Below, piece by piece: positions 39,170 to 51,910 of a DNA stretch of 64,000 nt (its first letter is position 1; each line of letters starts with the position of its first letter). The stretch is taken from contig NC_134034.1 in the NCBI RefSeq assembly GCF_964204645.1, forward strand, positions 10,738,962 to 10,802,961, given 5' to 3'. The position numbers and the translations under genes are program-made. The notes beneath the pieces were generated by a model, which saw only the letters and a program-made list of their open reading frames with translations, was not told where the DNA came from and made no database searches. Source of the stretch: Tubulanus polymorphus (Eukaryota; Animalia; Nemertea).

Positions 39170-39905
39170 TGTATCTCGTGTTTTTACACGATGAATGCCG
39201 GCTCGATTATACGGTGCTGCCCCCTGGTGCCAATACCAATATACTCGTAGGCTGGCAGCGGAGCTGTTACGCGGTCGGCCTTTTCGCGAAATTGACCAAT
39301 GAGCATGGAGTATGTTCACATTGCCAGCCAATCGGCAACTGTGCCATTCCCGTGCGCCCGAGTGCAAATAACTTATTACAAATTTCTTCAGAATAAGTTA
39401 TCCGACCAATCACATGTTAGTCCATCCTTAGATGCTTTTAAATTTTTTTTCAAACCAGCTTTCATTTCCGGGACTGTGACATATTATGGGAGACCCTCCT
39501 GTTTTTCAAACGGACCTGGCTTGTTGATTTCTTATTGAAAACACTGCTGTTGCTTCACCATTTCAAAATTCATGCATCACATTTTGTAAGCCGAAGAGCA
39601 TATTTCGTACGGAATTATAGCTATGTTATTATTATCATTATCATGATTAGTATTATTTTAACAACACTAAATGTCACTGATAATTGTTATACATATTTCA
39701 TCTATATTTCGTATTTCTTTATTGTTTTATGTCTCCATCTTATTACTCATTGTCCTCTGAGACTGTTTGTCTGTGTCAGAATGTGTTAATTGTTGTTTGT
39801 CTCACTGTCATGTCACTACTCGTCACCTTTGTTTTTGTATCATTTTCCATGTCTCAACCTGTCTGAATCTGTGTTATATAAATAGCTACGTGTAAAAATA
39901 AAGTC
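39170..39905 (+). mobile_element. Possible decayed 3' end of a CR1/L2-type LINE
   Basis: The peptide ...YYKF...VSPSLDAFK resembles LINE ORF2 C-termini; followed by an AT-rich tail with AATAAA. Confidence 0.35.
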
Positions 39906-40667
39906 AGTTCCAGTTTTGGTATTCCGAACTGATAGTTCGCTCGTTACTCTTTCGCTCTGTTCTGGATTTCCGACGTCGACCATTCTTCGAGAATAGGACA
40001 GAATATAGCTTTGCTAAATTATTATATTATTCGAATACGTTCGTATCCAACACAGCTGACAGAACCGGAATAACGAATATGCACTCGTAGCTAGCTGACG
40101 CTCCACCTGTTGAACTTATTACGCTCGAAATCGGCTCTTCACAACTGGGGAAGGCTCGCGCATTTCCCCATCTTTCTGAGAATTTCTCGATGTCGTAGGG
40201 GGAATTTATGCACGCCGGATAATTGTTTTTTTAAACAGAAACGTTTTTCTTTTTTAACACCCGCGTCATACGGATATATCGACAGTCGTCGATGTAAATT
40301 CTGAAATGCGAAATCGTTCTCGAGTGGAGGAACAGCTTGTATAAAATCAATAACGGCAGACGACCGACCGAGTTCGTTTAACGCGAGTATCAATCAGTCG
40401 TCATTGATTTAATGCGAGCGAACTCGCGATCGGACGACGCGAGATATCGACGGAAAAAAAAATTGAAAAGAATAAGACTTAAGGAGAATCATTTCAACCG
40501 TTGATGAAAAACACTGTCTGCATCGATTGATGCGGTCGCAATCGGACAATGCGAGATATCAAAAAGAAGAAAAAAAAGAATTCTGTCTGAAATACTGTCT
40601 CCGCGCTATGGCGATAATCTATAGAGAATACCACAATCAAAACGACGTTAAAAATAATATCAAAAAT

Positions 40668-40870
40668 GTTTCCTTGAGCTAGTGTAGTTTATTCAACATG
40701 ACTATATTCAAATAGTTCTTCAGGAATATTAGTTCTTGAGCTAGTAGTTTATTCAACGTTTCAACTACAATGTACATCCTAACAGGCGTCTACAGGAATA
40801 CTGTATTCTCTGAGCTAATGTAGTTTGTTCAACATGACTTTAGTCTAATAGTCATCTTCAGGAATACTGT
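40668..40870 (-). repeat. Three diverged units of the 66-bp hammerhead-derived repeat
   Basis: Repeated tagtttattcaac...cttcaggaata motif with indels. Confidence 0.7.
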
Positions 40871-41037
40871 CCGAAGTTTTTGCCACCCACATAAATAGTT
40901 GGCCAAATTTGGCCCGGGCCAAAAACACTCGTGCAATCGCGGCTTATGAAGTAACTACTACGTCGAATAGACTACTAGCTTAATGAAATATTTTCAGACT
41001 TAATATCATAAATATTGATATAATAGTAATAACATTA

Positions 41038-41320
41038 CTATGAGGAGAGAATCCCACAATGATAATAAAAAGTATTTTAAAGTAATTAAAAATATTTTCC
41101 TTTAGTTTGTTTCATCTCTGATTACTTGAATTATTCTCTGGATTGTATATATATCTCATAATTTCTGTAGTATCTCATTATTCCTGAAGATGACTATTAG
41201 GATATAGTCGAAACGTTGAAATAAACTACTATCTCGAAGTTTCATTTTCGGACTTTTTATTATCATTGTGGGATTCTCTCCTCATCGCGTCAACACGGAT
41301 ATAGTGTTCTACCAATCGTG
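41038..41320. mobile_element. Penelope-like element remnant, inverted arms with one hammerhead
   Basis: atgaggagagaatcccacaatgataataaaaagt ... actttttattatcattgtgggattctctcctcat inverted arms; the hammerhead is followed by AATAAA. Confidence 0.62.
41178..41224 (+). ncRNA. Minimal type I hammerhead ribozyme, second family
   Basis: uuauuc-CUGAAGA-U-GACUAU-uaggau-AUAGUC-GAAA-CG-UU-gaaauaa: intact core, 6-bp stem II, palindromic stem III, GUU triplet. Confidence 0.72.
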
Positions 41321-41861
41321 AACATTACTATATTTAAATATCATATTATTATCTAATTCTATTTATGATTTTAGATCATTCTTTTTTTTCCTTATCATCG
41401 CCCAGATCATCTATTCATTATATTCATTTCATTCAAACCAGATTCATAATGTACAGATTGTTTGAATGAATTGAATGTTTGTAATCGCGTGCGCGTGTGC
41501 GTCCGAGAGCGCCGTGACACCGTACGCCTGCTTCAGTTTGAAAGGAATCATCGAACCGACAAATTAGAAGACTCTGTTCGCCCTGACACGATTATCAAGT
41601 TTTCGGTTTTGATTGTCTCGCGGCGTTGCTTTCAATGAGGACTTCAAATGAATCTATTCTGGTGGCATTAGAAGGACAGCAACTATACAAACCACTGGTC
41701 AAGGCTTGACAGCCCCCCTTGACATACACAGATAATATCAGAAATAATATCAGTGTTGAGGATTTCGTGTATGATTATGAGAGGCTTAATCAACGGTTGA
41801 CAATTCGGTTAAGTATTTCTATCGGTAATGTCTAATGCAGAAGTGTTTTTAGAGAGATTCA

Positions 41862-42484
41862 GGGGTGGTTGACAGCTCTGTGTGTGTCAAGGGGGAGGGG
41901 GACAGTAAAGTATTTCCAACACTGTTGCTGACAATCAGGGATGGTTGACAGCTCTTTGTGCGTCAGGGGGGACAGTCAAGTATTTTCAGAGACTGTTCCT
42001 AACAATCAGGGATGGTTGACAGCTCTGTGTGAGTCAGGGGGGACAGTAAAGTATTTTCAGAGACAGTTGCTGACAATCAAGGATGGTTAACAGCTCTGTG
42101 TGAGTCAGGGGGGACAGTAAAGTATTTTCAGAGACTGTTGCTGACAATCAGGGATGGTTGACAGCTCTTTGTGCGTCAGGGGGGACAGTCAAGTATTTTC
42201 AGAGACTGTTCCTAACAATCAGGGATGGTTGACAGCTCTGTGTGAGTCAGGGGGGACAGTAAAGTATTTTCAGAGACAGTTGCTGACAATCAAGGATGGT
42301 TAACAGCTCTGTGTGAGTCAGGGGGGACAGTAAAGTATTTTCAGAGACTGTTGCTGACAATCAAGGATGGTTGACAGCTCTGTGTGCGTCAGGGGGGACA
42401 GTAAAGTATTTTCAGAGACTGTTGCTGACAATCAGGGATGGTTGACAGCTCTGTGTGCGTCAGGGGGGACAGTAAACTATTTCA
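41862..42484. repeat. ~70-bp minisatellite family, reverse orientation
   Basis: ~9 units; an inverted partial copy at ~41705-41732. Confidence 0.92.
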
Positions 42485-42609
42485 TCAAACATGCATATCT
42501 TATATATATTACATTTTTTCTTTTAGGCCTTAGATGAGGACAATTAAGACGTCTTCTAACGTGTGATTCAACGCGATCGAGTGTCGAAAAACGAAAGGAA
42601 ATCTGAAAA

Positions 42610-42778
42610 CAGGTACTCCGAGTAAGTCGAAGAGTGGGTACTCGGAATAAATCCAGAGTGGCTACTCCAAATAAATCGAAGAGCGGGTACTCAGAATAAA
42701 TCGAAGAGCGGGTACTCAGAATAAATCGAAGAGCGGGTACTCGGAATAAATCCAGAGTGGCTACTCCAGGTACTCGAT
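42610..42778. repeat. ~24-25-bp minisatellite upstream of the GPCR
   Basis: Unit gggtactc(g/a)gaataaatcgaagagc. Confidence 0.85.
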
Positions 42779-43449
42779 TGTTAACCAGAAACGAAATTAA
42801 TCGAAACAAGGCGACCGAAAACGACAGAAATACGATCTGCCGACAGAACAACAATAACAGGCGAAGCCTTAAAAATTCGACGAAAAATTAGGCGAAAAAA
42901 TTGCGCGAAGCCAAAAAAAAGCATCGGTTTGGAATCGATTACGAGCGCGACAAAAAGCCGAAAGTGGTGATAATTTGACGACGGTAAAAATCATCGAAAA
43001 TTGGAAATAATCGGTTTTTTTTTCAAGATCTCGAGATATGATGTTTGAGATTTTGCACGCAGCGCGCTCTAGTGGCAGCGATCGGGATATACGTAAGACA
43101 TTCGCGTTACGGAATTCGATAATGGGGAAAACCCGAGTGAGCTTCGAATAGCTTTCGACGATAGCTTAGAAATACACGCTGGAAATTGAGACTCAAACTC
43201 AGCTCAGCGCCTGTGATTCAAATAGGAATACGAATGTTTTAACCTGAAAAATTCGCGCAGGTCCGACTGCTACAAAAACAAGAATCCAAGATTTTGGATC
43301 GAACCGGAAATGAAAATTTGTGACCTAGTTTCAGTCGGTGACCTAGTTCTTGAAAATAAATAGGTCATTACCGATGTTCTAGATTCAGTCCACAACCTAG
43401 TTCTTAAAAACAAATAGGTCAGTACCTCGACCTTCGCAAAAACGACAAC

Positions 43450-44619
43450 ATGGCTTCGAGCGACGGCAACTACCGAGTCGACAACCTGACGCGGTTGAAT
43501 ATCTCGACTGGCGCCCCCTACTACACCAACGACGACGACAGCGGTCAGGACAATCTCCTGACCGAGCCGTATTTCGTGATGCGGATTATATTCTCGAGTC
43601 TGGCGATCGTCGCCAATCTACTGTCGTTATTCGCGATCGCGAACATCAAGTGCGCGTACACGACACACCTGCGATTGACGATCAGTCTGTGCATGTCGGA
43701 TCTGTTGTTCAGCATGTTCGTCATCACGTACACGATATTCAGCGTCACGTACGACATCAACCGCGACGTACTGCTCTACACGTGCGTGTCGCAGGCGTTC
43801 ACGTACGTTTTCTACTTCTCGTTGGTCGTCACGCTGTTGAACATCGTCGCGATGGCGCTCGATCACTACCTGGCGATCATCCGGCCGCTGCACTACCCGA
43901 TCATGATGACGCGCGCGAAAGCGATCGCCGGAATCGCGATCATCTGGACGTTGACGACCGTTCTCGCGTTCAGCGATTGGATCGCGATCGCCGTTTACCT
44001 GCCGGCGAACGCGACGATCACCGACGTCTGCCTACGCACCAACTCCGACCGCTACATGCCTCAGTTCATCATGCTGCCGTTGATGATCGTCACGTTGATC
44101 ACGATCGTTTTGATCTACACGAAAATCCTCGTCGAAATACGCCGGCACCACCAACGCGCGACGAACAACCCGGACTTGCAGAAAAACCGCAAGGCGCTCG
44201 TGACGACGCTGTGCATCATGGGTAGCTATTGCGTGCTGTGGATGCCGTACTTCCTGTTCGACTGCATTTTGACGATACGCCGCGTCGTATCGCGTCACAG
44301 TTTCACGCGCGACGAGATCACGCGTCTCGTCACGTGGACGAACTACCTGAACATGCTCGTGTTCCTCAACGCGTTGATGGACCCGATCATCTACGCGATA
44401 CGCATGGCCGAGGTGCAACGCTCGTACGTGCGCCTGTTGAACCGCGTTCGACGGTGGCTCGGCAAGGAGCCGCTGTACCACCGCGCCGGCGCCGACACCC
44501 GCACGGCGGTGAGTATGCTCGAGATGTCGCGTTCGAGTACGATACGAAACTCGACGCGTTACTCCGTCTGCAACAGCAATACGACGCCCGTTAAAAATAG
44601 CGCCGAATCTTACCTATAG
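43450..44619 (+). CDS. Intronless class A (rhodopsin-family) GPCR, melanocortin/MECA-cluster-like orphan receptor, 389 aa
   Basis: Seven hydrophobic segments. TM1 ANLL, TM2 SLCMSDLL, TM3 MALDHYLAIIRPLHY (DRY variant), TM4 Trp, TM5 IYTKI, TM6 YCVLWMPY, TM7 NALMDPIIY (DPxxY). N-terminal NLT/NIS sequons, strong codon bias, and ACAACATGG Kozak context. Confidence 0.95.
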   Translation: MASSDGNYRVDNLTRLNISTGAPYYTNDDDSGQDNLLTEPYFVMRIIFSSLAIVANLLSLFAIANIKCAYTTHLRLTISLCMSDLLFSMFVITYTIFSVTYDINRDVLLYTCVSQAFTYVFYFSLVVTLLNIVAMALDHYLAIIRPLHYPIMMTRAKAIAGIAIIWTLTTVLAFSDWIAIAVYLPANATITDVCLRTNSDRYMPQFIMLPLMIVTLITIVLIYTKILVEIRRHHQRATNNPDLQKNRKALVTTLCIMGSYCVLWMPYFLFDCILTIRRVVSRHSFTRDEITRLVTWTNYLNMLVFLNALMDPIIYAIRMAEVQRSYVRLLNRVRRWLGKEPLYHRAGADTRTAVSMLEMSRSSTIRNSTRYSVCNSNTTPVKNSAESYL

Positions 44620-44647
44620 GGGGAGCTACCACCCGCCTGCCTCATAC

Positions 44648-44764
44648 TACGGTAAACCTCTCCTTATTCGGACTCGGGGGACAAAAACGATCTTCTGACT
44701 TCCAGTCAACTCTGACCAATTTTGCCGGTCCAGTATTCGTCCGATTTAGGCGAGGTTTACCGTA
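44648..44764. mobile_element. pogo/Tigger-like MITE just 3' of the GPCR stop
   Basis: TA-cggtaaacctc...gaggtttaccg-TA. Confidence 0.72.
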
Positions 44765-45063
44765 CAAATATTTTCGATCGGGGACCAACTTCAAACTTAC
44801 AGGGACAGCAACCCAGTTTTATAAATCGGGACCAGTTACTCAGTCATGCCTCAGATTTAAGACCGGTCTAAGATCATCTTTTAGATATTCATAGTTGACC
44901 TTACAACATAAGACTTGTCCTATGATTTGAGTTATGACTGCATGACTGGGCTCTGGTGTTTAATCTAATATGGAATGTTCATTCGAGTTATAGTCAGGCC
45001 CCGAGGTCTATAAAACCGGTGCCTGCAAGTAAGACCCAATCATCTCCATTTAAGGGGGTGACC

Positions 45064-45452
45064 TTAACCCTTTCAGTGCGTCTACACCGCAGTGCGGTGT
45101 GTTGATATAATTAGTAATTAGTTTATACCTCTATTGAAGGATGGCAGCACGAGTAAGACATAGTGAAATATTGGTAACTAACGATACACCGCACCGCAGT
45201 GTAGACGTGCAATAGTGATATTCCCGTTGCACTAGGATAGAAAATTTTTCAAAATTTTCAAATTATCTCCTGGGGCCAATTGCATAGACACGGCTTGGAC
45301 TTAAGACCAGTCTAAGACCAACTTAGTTCTATAGCCAATCTAACAACTTAAGACCAGTCTTAAGATTTAAGACCATTTTTGGACTTAAGCCATTACTGTG
45401 CAACTGGCCCCAGCCCTATAGGGTATTAATCAGTCAGCACTGAAAGGGTTGA
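45064..45452. mobile_element. piggyBac-like MITE interrupted by a Harbinger-like MITE
   Basis: TTAA/TTGA flanks; the body is split at aattatctc-CAG-cactata by the insert at 45270-45413. Confidence 0.85.
45270..45413. mobile_element. PIF/Harbinger-like MITE family A (~140 bp)
   Basis: TIR gggcca(a/g)ttgca...tgcaactggccc; CWG flanks (ctg left, cag right). Confidence 0.8.
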
Positions 45453-45921
45453 ATAGTCACCCGAATCGTACCAGGAATCATGGGACCACTTAAAATCTCA
45501 AAGGTTAGCAACTTAGAAATTCTACCTAACCTTACCCATATGGGACCTCTAATTCTTAGGAGGGGAGTGTTACCCGAAAAATCTGAAAATCTATAGGGGG
45601 AGCTATCGCATAGCCAAACATCTATCGTTCAGACGAAAATCGGGTCCAAAAATGGGGCGTTCGCAATTCTTAGAAATCACTCTTCAATAAGTTAGCGTGG
45701 TCATAGGAGCACCGATGCTACATACGACCGCTCCTACTATCACATCATGTGTTGATAGTTAGCTCGTCAGATATAATCGCCGTTATAGACCTGTCCGTTA
45801 AAACATGGCTGCCACTGTAAATCCACCTATGACATCATCAATGTATTGCATTAATAGCCGTGACCCAGCCGTTCAAAAGTTGGTTGGTATCAGTTATAAC
45901 TGAGCGCTGCGCAGGGCATTA

Positions 45922-46259
45922 TAAAGCCTAGCGCACATCGACACTGCGATTGGAGATAACTAGTTGCAAATCAGTTTTCGGCGCATGAGAGGAACTGGCT
46001 GGATACGATCAGTTGCTTGAATGTGTCGATGTGAGCGAGCTTACGATTGGTAAGCGTCGATCTATCTCCAGTTCCAGCCAGTCGCCCATGTTCTACTTTT
46101 GAGCAACTGGTTGTACTCAATCGCAGTCATATCCGTCGATGTGCGCGCCATGCAGTTGCTGCAACTGACCGGTTGTAACTAGATTTCGACGTGCGCGGGG
46201 TAATCGTTCCGTAGCAACTAGTTGTCTCCAATCGCAGTGTCGATGTGCGCGAGGCTTTA
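45922..46259. mobile_element. MITE with ~45-bp TIRs
   Basis: aaagcctagcgcacatcgacactgcgattggagataactagttgc ... gcaactagttgtctccaatcgcagtgtcgatgtgcgcgaggcttt. Confidence 0.82.
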
Positions 46260-46436
46260 CAGTGAAACCTCGTTACAACGAACTTCAGAAGACCAGAAAA
46301 TCTGTTCGTTATAACCGTTAGTTCATTATAACCAGCGTGAAATTGATGAAATTTTCGTACTTGGGACGAAATTCTATATTTGTTATATGCGATGAATCGT
46401 TGTGTCCGAGAAGTTCGTTATAACGAGGTTCCACAG
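46258..46436. mobile_element. pogo/Tigger-like MITE
   Basis: TA-cagtgaaacctcgttacaacgaac ... gttcgttataacgaggttccac. Confidence 0.75.
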
Positions 46437-46747
46437 AAGTGGGTGATCTTTCTAACGAGGGACCTGAATGGGACCTTTTCTAAAGAGAGAACTATCGACC
46501 AAGAAACTCAGTCGCAAATGGGATTCGAACCCAACATTACAACTACCGATTCCAGATATCCAATGATCAACAAGGGCCTATTACTAAATCATTGCGCAAC
46601 CGCATTCGATGATGTCATAGGGGGATTTCATGGCGGCCGTCATCATCTTTTCCATGTAAGGGTTTGTATTGATTGTATTAATTCATTGTTCGTAGATAAT
46701 TGGAATAAGGTTTGTCGCCCATGTATTGTATATGTATATACATATAC

Positions 46748-46916
<169 letters not shown>

Positions 46917-47055
46917 GACCGAACCGTCCTATTAATAGTCAGTGTAGTCCGTACATCATTTTCACACTTCGGTTCGCGTAGGCTAATGCGAAGGTCATGG
47001 TCGCCATCGCGGTTAGGTCAAGGTCACCGACACGCTGTGATAATTTTTATCGATG

Positions 47056-47249
47056 TACCGTAGACTCCGCCTTAGTCGGTAGCGTTGGGACCGCTTTAGA
47101 TATTTCAGCGATAGTTGAGAAGCCGGGAACTCGATAGCGTTTGGATTTTTTACGATTTCGCTTAAGAGAGTTGACGGCGAAACGTGACGGTTTCCACGGC
47201 GAGCGGTTTACTGATTCTGCCGGTACCGAAAAAGGCAGAGTCTACCGTA
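47056..47249. mobile_element. pogo/Tigger-like MITE carrying one unit of the 55-bp satellite
   Basis: TA-ccgtagactccgcc...ggcagagtctaccg-TA; the interior is homologous to the 16400-17065 unit. Confidence 0.72.
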
Positions 47250-47593
47250 TGCGAACTAGAAAGGAAAATTAAAATCGGGAAATTACGAGATAAAATGTTT
47301 ATCGATTCGAGTTTTATGAATCCAGAAAGTCTCTCGTCGAAAATCTAAATCTCGTAAATTCCCGCGCCGTGGGACTTTTAATTCTAGTGGAATCGTTAGA
47401 AACCAGTATTTTTTTTGGTCTGTCGACGATTTCAATAATTCATCGCGAAATGTGTCGCGGAAATGAAACACGCGAAGTGACGTGTACCCTTGAGGAACCC
47501 CTTTTTTCCAGATATATAGATATCGTTAAGTTTCGTCGATTTATAATATTAATACGTACTGTCATTATTGTAACTGAAACAATAAACGAAGGT

Positions 47594-47810
47594 CTAGTCA
47601 TCGTTTCATTTAACTAGTCCATCTAGTTGTCGTTTCATCAATCTAGTCCTTCAGTCATGTTTCATAAAACTAGTCCGTCTAGTCAAGTTTTGTCAAACTA
47701 GTCCGTCTAGTCATGTTTCGTCAAACTAGTCCTTCTAGTCATGTTTTGTCAAACTAGTCCTTCTAGTCATGTTTCATTAAACTAGTTCGTCTAGTCGTCG
47801 TTTCATCAAA
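47594..47810. repeat. ~28-bp minisatellite
   Basis: Unit ctagtcc(g/t)tctagtcatgtttcgtcaaa. Confidence 0.85.
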
Positions 47811-48289
47811 TAATCTTTGGAAACATTCAATACTTCAATATTATATCCGTCTGCAGTATCGACCTTTCGGTTAAACTCGTCACTGACAGCTTACACTCAG
47901 TAAAACAAGTTTTTGGACTAAAAAATAAGGTAGACTTAGAAGTCAGACCTTTTGGAACGTGAAAATGTGTCCGACTTGAGAGATATTCGAGTTGAATATT
48001 ACATTTGTCCTAAAAATATCTCAACAAGTGGCCGAGTCGTACGGTTAACCGACTCGACCGAGTCTACTGTCGTGGCGATGAAAGCAATGTGACGACTTAT
48101 CCGATGACGTCTTTCGAGTCTCACCACATTCATCTCACGTATTCTACAGTATCTACAGTAACGGCGGTACAGTGGCTGATCCAGGGCGTGTCCCTACGGG
48201 TCTGAATATCACTGCCCTAAAACTTTTTGAGATCTCGTGAAAATTGCGGACAGAATATTTTCGAAAGTCAAAATTGTTGTTAACCTGGT

Positions 48290-48530
48290 TTATGCTAGTA
48301 CACTGCACTGCGGTGTATTGAGGTTATTGGTAATTAGTTTGTATCTCTTTTGAAAGATGGCAGCACCTGTCAAACATAGTGAAATATTAATAACAAACGA
48401 TACACCGCACTGCGGAGTAGACGCACTATAGCGGTTTTCCCGTTATTTACCACACTAAAGTGGAATTTTTCAGAATTTTCAAATTATCTCCAGCACTATA
48501 GGGTATTGATTAGTCAGCACTGAAAGGGTA
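48290..48530. mobile_element. piggyBac-like MITE, truncated
   Basis: Same body; one TIR (gcactgaaagggt). Confidence 0.75.
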
Positions 48531-50629
48531 TAGGGAGCAGTGGCGTTAAAAAGGATATCAGCGTTATAACAGATTTTGACCATATATTCACGGAGAAAAT
48601 ATCGAAATTCGAAAAGATTTTACAATAAGATGACAAAATAAATCGAGTAATTTGATATCATATTCTGCGATGAAAAATGAACAGCGAGTCAGCATTGAAA
48701 GGGTTTTAAAGTTGAAGCTTTTAAATCGACTATGAACGCCCGGCTCTCGAGGGCGTTTCGGGCAGCGCGCGAATCGAGAGACGCTCTCTGTCGATTCGCC
48801 GTGAATCTGAGTCTATTTTTCTGCACCTAGTCGTGGAGAATCTAGTAGTAAGAGAATCTATCTCGTCGCGGCCTCGGCAAGTTTCTAACAAATAGGTAAG
48901 CATTGCATACTGGGAATGTCTGTCTTTTTCTTCTTTTTTTTCGGAATCGTTTTTCATCAAACATAATCTCAGCCCTACCCTCGCTCCCAGCCCTCTGTCT
49001 CCCTTTCAACAAACTTTTTTGAAATATATTCTTAGTTTTTCTCGTTTCACACACATTTTTCAAATAGTTTTTTTTAACGTTTACGTTCAACACATTTCTT
49101 CGTATATTTCTTTTTCGCACGGTTTCAACACATCTTTTATATATTCAATAAGATCGTTTTTTTTTTTCTTTAGTTCGTAAAATCTATAATTTCCATCGAC
49201 GCATCTATTTTCTCTAGCTAGCAGAATTTATATATCTACGACGATATTCAAACGCGTTTAAAATAATTCCGTTTTTTTTTCCCGGAAAATTTTTCGTTAG
49301 TAGACTCGTTTCTCGTGAAAACCGGGTCTTTTTAGCGGTCGGAAAATCTCGACGCGCGTAACCCGCTCCAAAACGCAGAGACTTCAACCATATATTATAT
49401 AGCGATATTATATATACAATCGAATCAATCTCCTAAATATCAAAGTAGCGATTTAGAATAACAACATCTGGACGGTGCAGCGGTAAGCCTAGTCATTAAA
49501 TGCCGATGACATACGGCCGCGTACAGTAAAACAATCAAAGCACAATCGTCCAAACCACGTAATATGCCACTAATTAATGTCAGTAACATTTGTGCGTGGT
49601 GGTAATAACGAAGAAATTATGATTGACATGAAGCATTTCCAACCGAGGCAACTTTTATAAATGACTTCGAAATCTAAACATTGGCAACGTCATAAACGTA
49701 TGAAAATTAATCCGACAATTGTTGAACGACTAAAAAGTTTATCCGAAACGCTAGAAATATTTCGGGCCGTTCGTACCGCCCGCCTTCAAGTCTCTAACGA
49801 TAATCCCTTTTTACATCTACTGGATATTCGTTAAACACATTTCTAGTATTTCGAGTCAACTTTCAGCCGTTCAACAATCGCGGGATGTTTTTTCTACACG
49901 CATTCCATTCTTGCAGACGATATTTTTTTCCGAAAAATAAATTACACACGGCACTTCCTTTACCCCCCGACCCCAAATCCCCTTAGCACCCCAGATATTC
50001 CCAGATATTCAATACTAATCTATTTATACGCGTAGAATCAGAAAATGATAAAAATTCGAACAAGATTTTTGTTTAGTATCATATGCCTCATATCTAATGC
50101 GTAATCGCCATCTACATCCCCGCGGGTGTAGCGTGTAGCCGGATTTGAACTACGGGCTTCCCGCCCTACGGGGAAATATGGCTATAAATCATCGCATATA
50201 GATTATGACTGCACGCACCATCAACATCATCGTCCACTCACCCGCTCACCCACTCACCCACAAATATCAATCATTGTTCCATCCGCCATCTATACGAATT
50301 GATCGTTGCCACTGACGACCGCATATCGTTATCGATAGGAGACGAAACAACTTGTTAACAATACGTTAATTGATTTCGAAAAAACTCCTAGATTTTAGAA
50401 CTTCATCGGATTCGCGTTTTATGAAATAGCATAATTTCAAAATGAAAATTCGGATAGTTCGTTAGACAGCTCAAAGTGTAGAAGTAGCCATAATTCTTTT
50501 CCTTTTTTTCATTTGTTTTATTATTAAGGATTATGTTGCCGCAATTCCTGCTATCTGCTTGTGCTTAGTTTTTCGTCGTTAGTTGAAGTGCTTTATTGAA
50601 ATGACTTAAAATCTTAGCCACGTACTCAT

Positions 50630-50980
50630 CAAACCCATGCCAACTGGGTTCAGTGAAATTGAACCCGCAGATCTGTGAAACTGGGTCCAGTGAAATTGAA
50701 CCCACACAACTGTGGATCTGGATTCAGATTAAAATCAAACCTATAAAACTGGGTTCAGAGTCAAATTGAATCCGCACAACTGTGTTACTGGGTTCAGAGT
50801 CAAATTAAACCCACACAACTGTGGAACTGGATTCAGAGTCAAATGAAACCCACACAACTGTGGAACTTGGTTCAGAGTCAAATTAAACCAAGACAACTGT
50901 GGCACTGGATTCAGAGTCAAATTAAACCCACACAACTGTGAAACTGGATTTAGAGAAAAAATGAACCCACAAGACTGGAG
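50630..50980. repeat. 39-bp minisatellite family
   Basis: Same unit, ~9 copies. Confidence 0.9.
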
Positions 50981-51423
50981 TTAGGTCCGAAGCATTTAAA
51001 CATATTTCATTTTTGTTTTGTAGAACGCCGCGCCACCTACAGGCAACAATATGAACAACGTGCGCCAGCAACAACCGAGGCAGATACTTTCGAAGGACGT
51101 CGCGACTGGTGCGAACGGCAGCTTGAAACATGCACGCAGGAACAGCGGCAGCAGCAGACGCAACAATAGCAATCAACAATACAACTCAATGATCCTGCAA
51201 CAGAACTGCGTCGACTCCGGCAAGCGAGGCGTCTGCGTTTATATACAAGCGCCACCTAGATCTCGATGTCAGCAGACGGCGTTCGTCGCGAACAATGGTG
51301 CTATAAATTTCGCCGATGAGCTTTTATAGTCGTACGGGGACAGTGGCCGTCGAAAGCAATATTTCGCCCGAAAACAATGTTGAACTCGTGCCTGGTGTCA
51401 ATAGTATTGAAAGTATGCCACAT

Positions 51424-51662
51424 CCGGGCGGCCACTTTCTGTTTGACTTTCTTCCCCCCCTGACTTTTCCCCGACATGTATGTTGTTTTCTCTGATTTTA
51501 TTTGCTAAGAATCCAATACTCAATACGTAAGACGTAAACGGAAACTGTTTGATTATACGCGCGATCTAGCAATCTCAACATATTTCCCCGACTTCTGGCG
51601 CTACCTTTTTTGAAACAAAATTCCCCGACTTTTCTCTGATTCCCTGGTAAGTGGCCACCCTG
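51424..51662. mobile_element. hAT-like MITE (cagggtggccact termini)
   Basis: ccgggcggccact...agtggccaccctg; homologous body at ~54005-54530. Confidence 0.6.
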
Positions 51663-51910
51663 ATAACAATATTGTTAATCATAACGGAATAAAGATGTTC
51701 ATGTTTTTTATTAGAAATAATTTTCAAGATTCCGCGATAATTTTCTGGAATGTCTCGTCCAATGCAGACGACCAAAGACGACCTCGTCGAATTTCGTAGT
51801 GCCGCGAATTCCGCGCCATTTATCGAAACCCCCGGGAAAAAAAATGAAACAAGCCCGCGAACGTGATCAACAGCGCCACCTATAATGAGAAGAGGAATAA
51901 AGTTTCTGAC

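Noticed and set aside
40495-40540. Minus-strand VFFIN as a possible next MLH1 exon
   Set aside because: Upstream residues (PHQSMQT) do not match SNANYSxKK, and the donor is poor.
43545-44594. Alternative-frame and antisense ORFs over the GPCR
   Set aside because: Explained by strong GC3/CpG codon bias of the real CDS.
46510-46605. Minus-strand tRNA (B box GGTTCGAATCCC)
   Set aside because: Only the T arm is recognisable; probably a SINE remnant, too weak to call.
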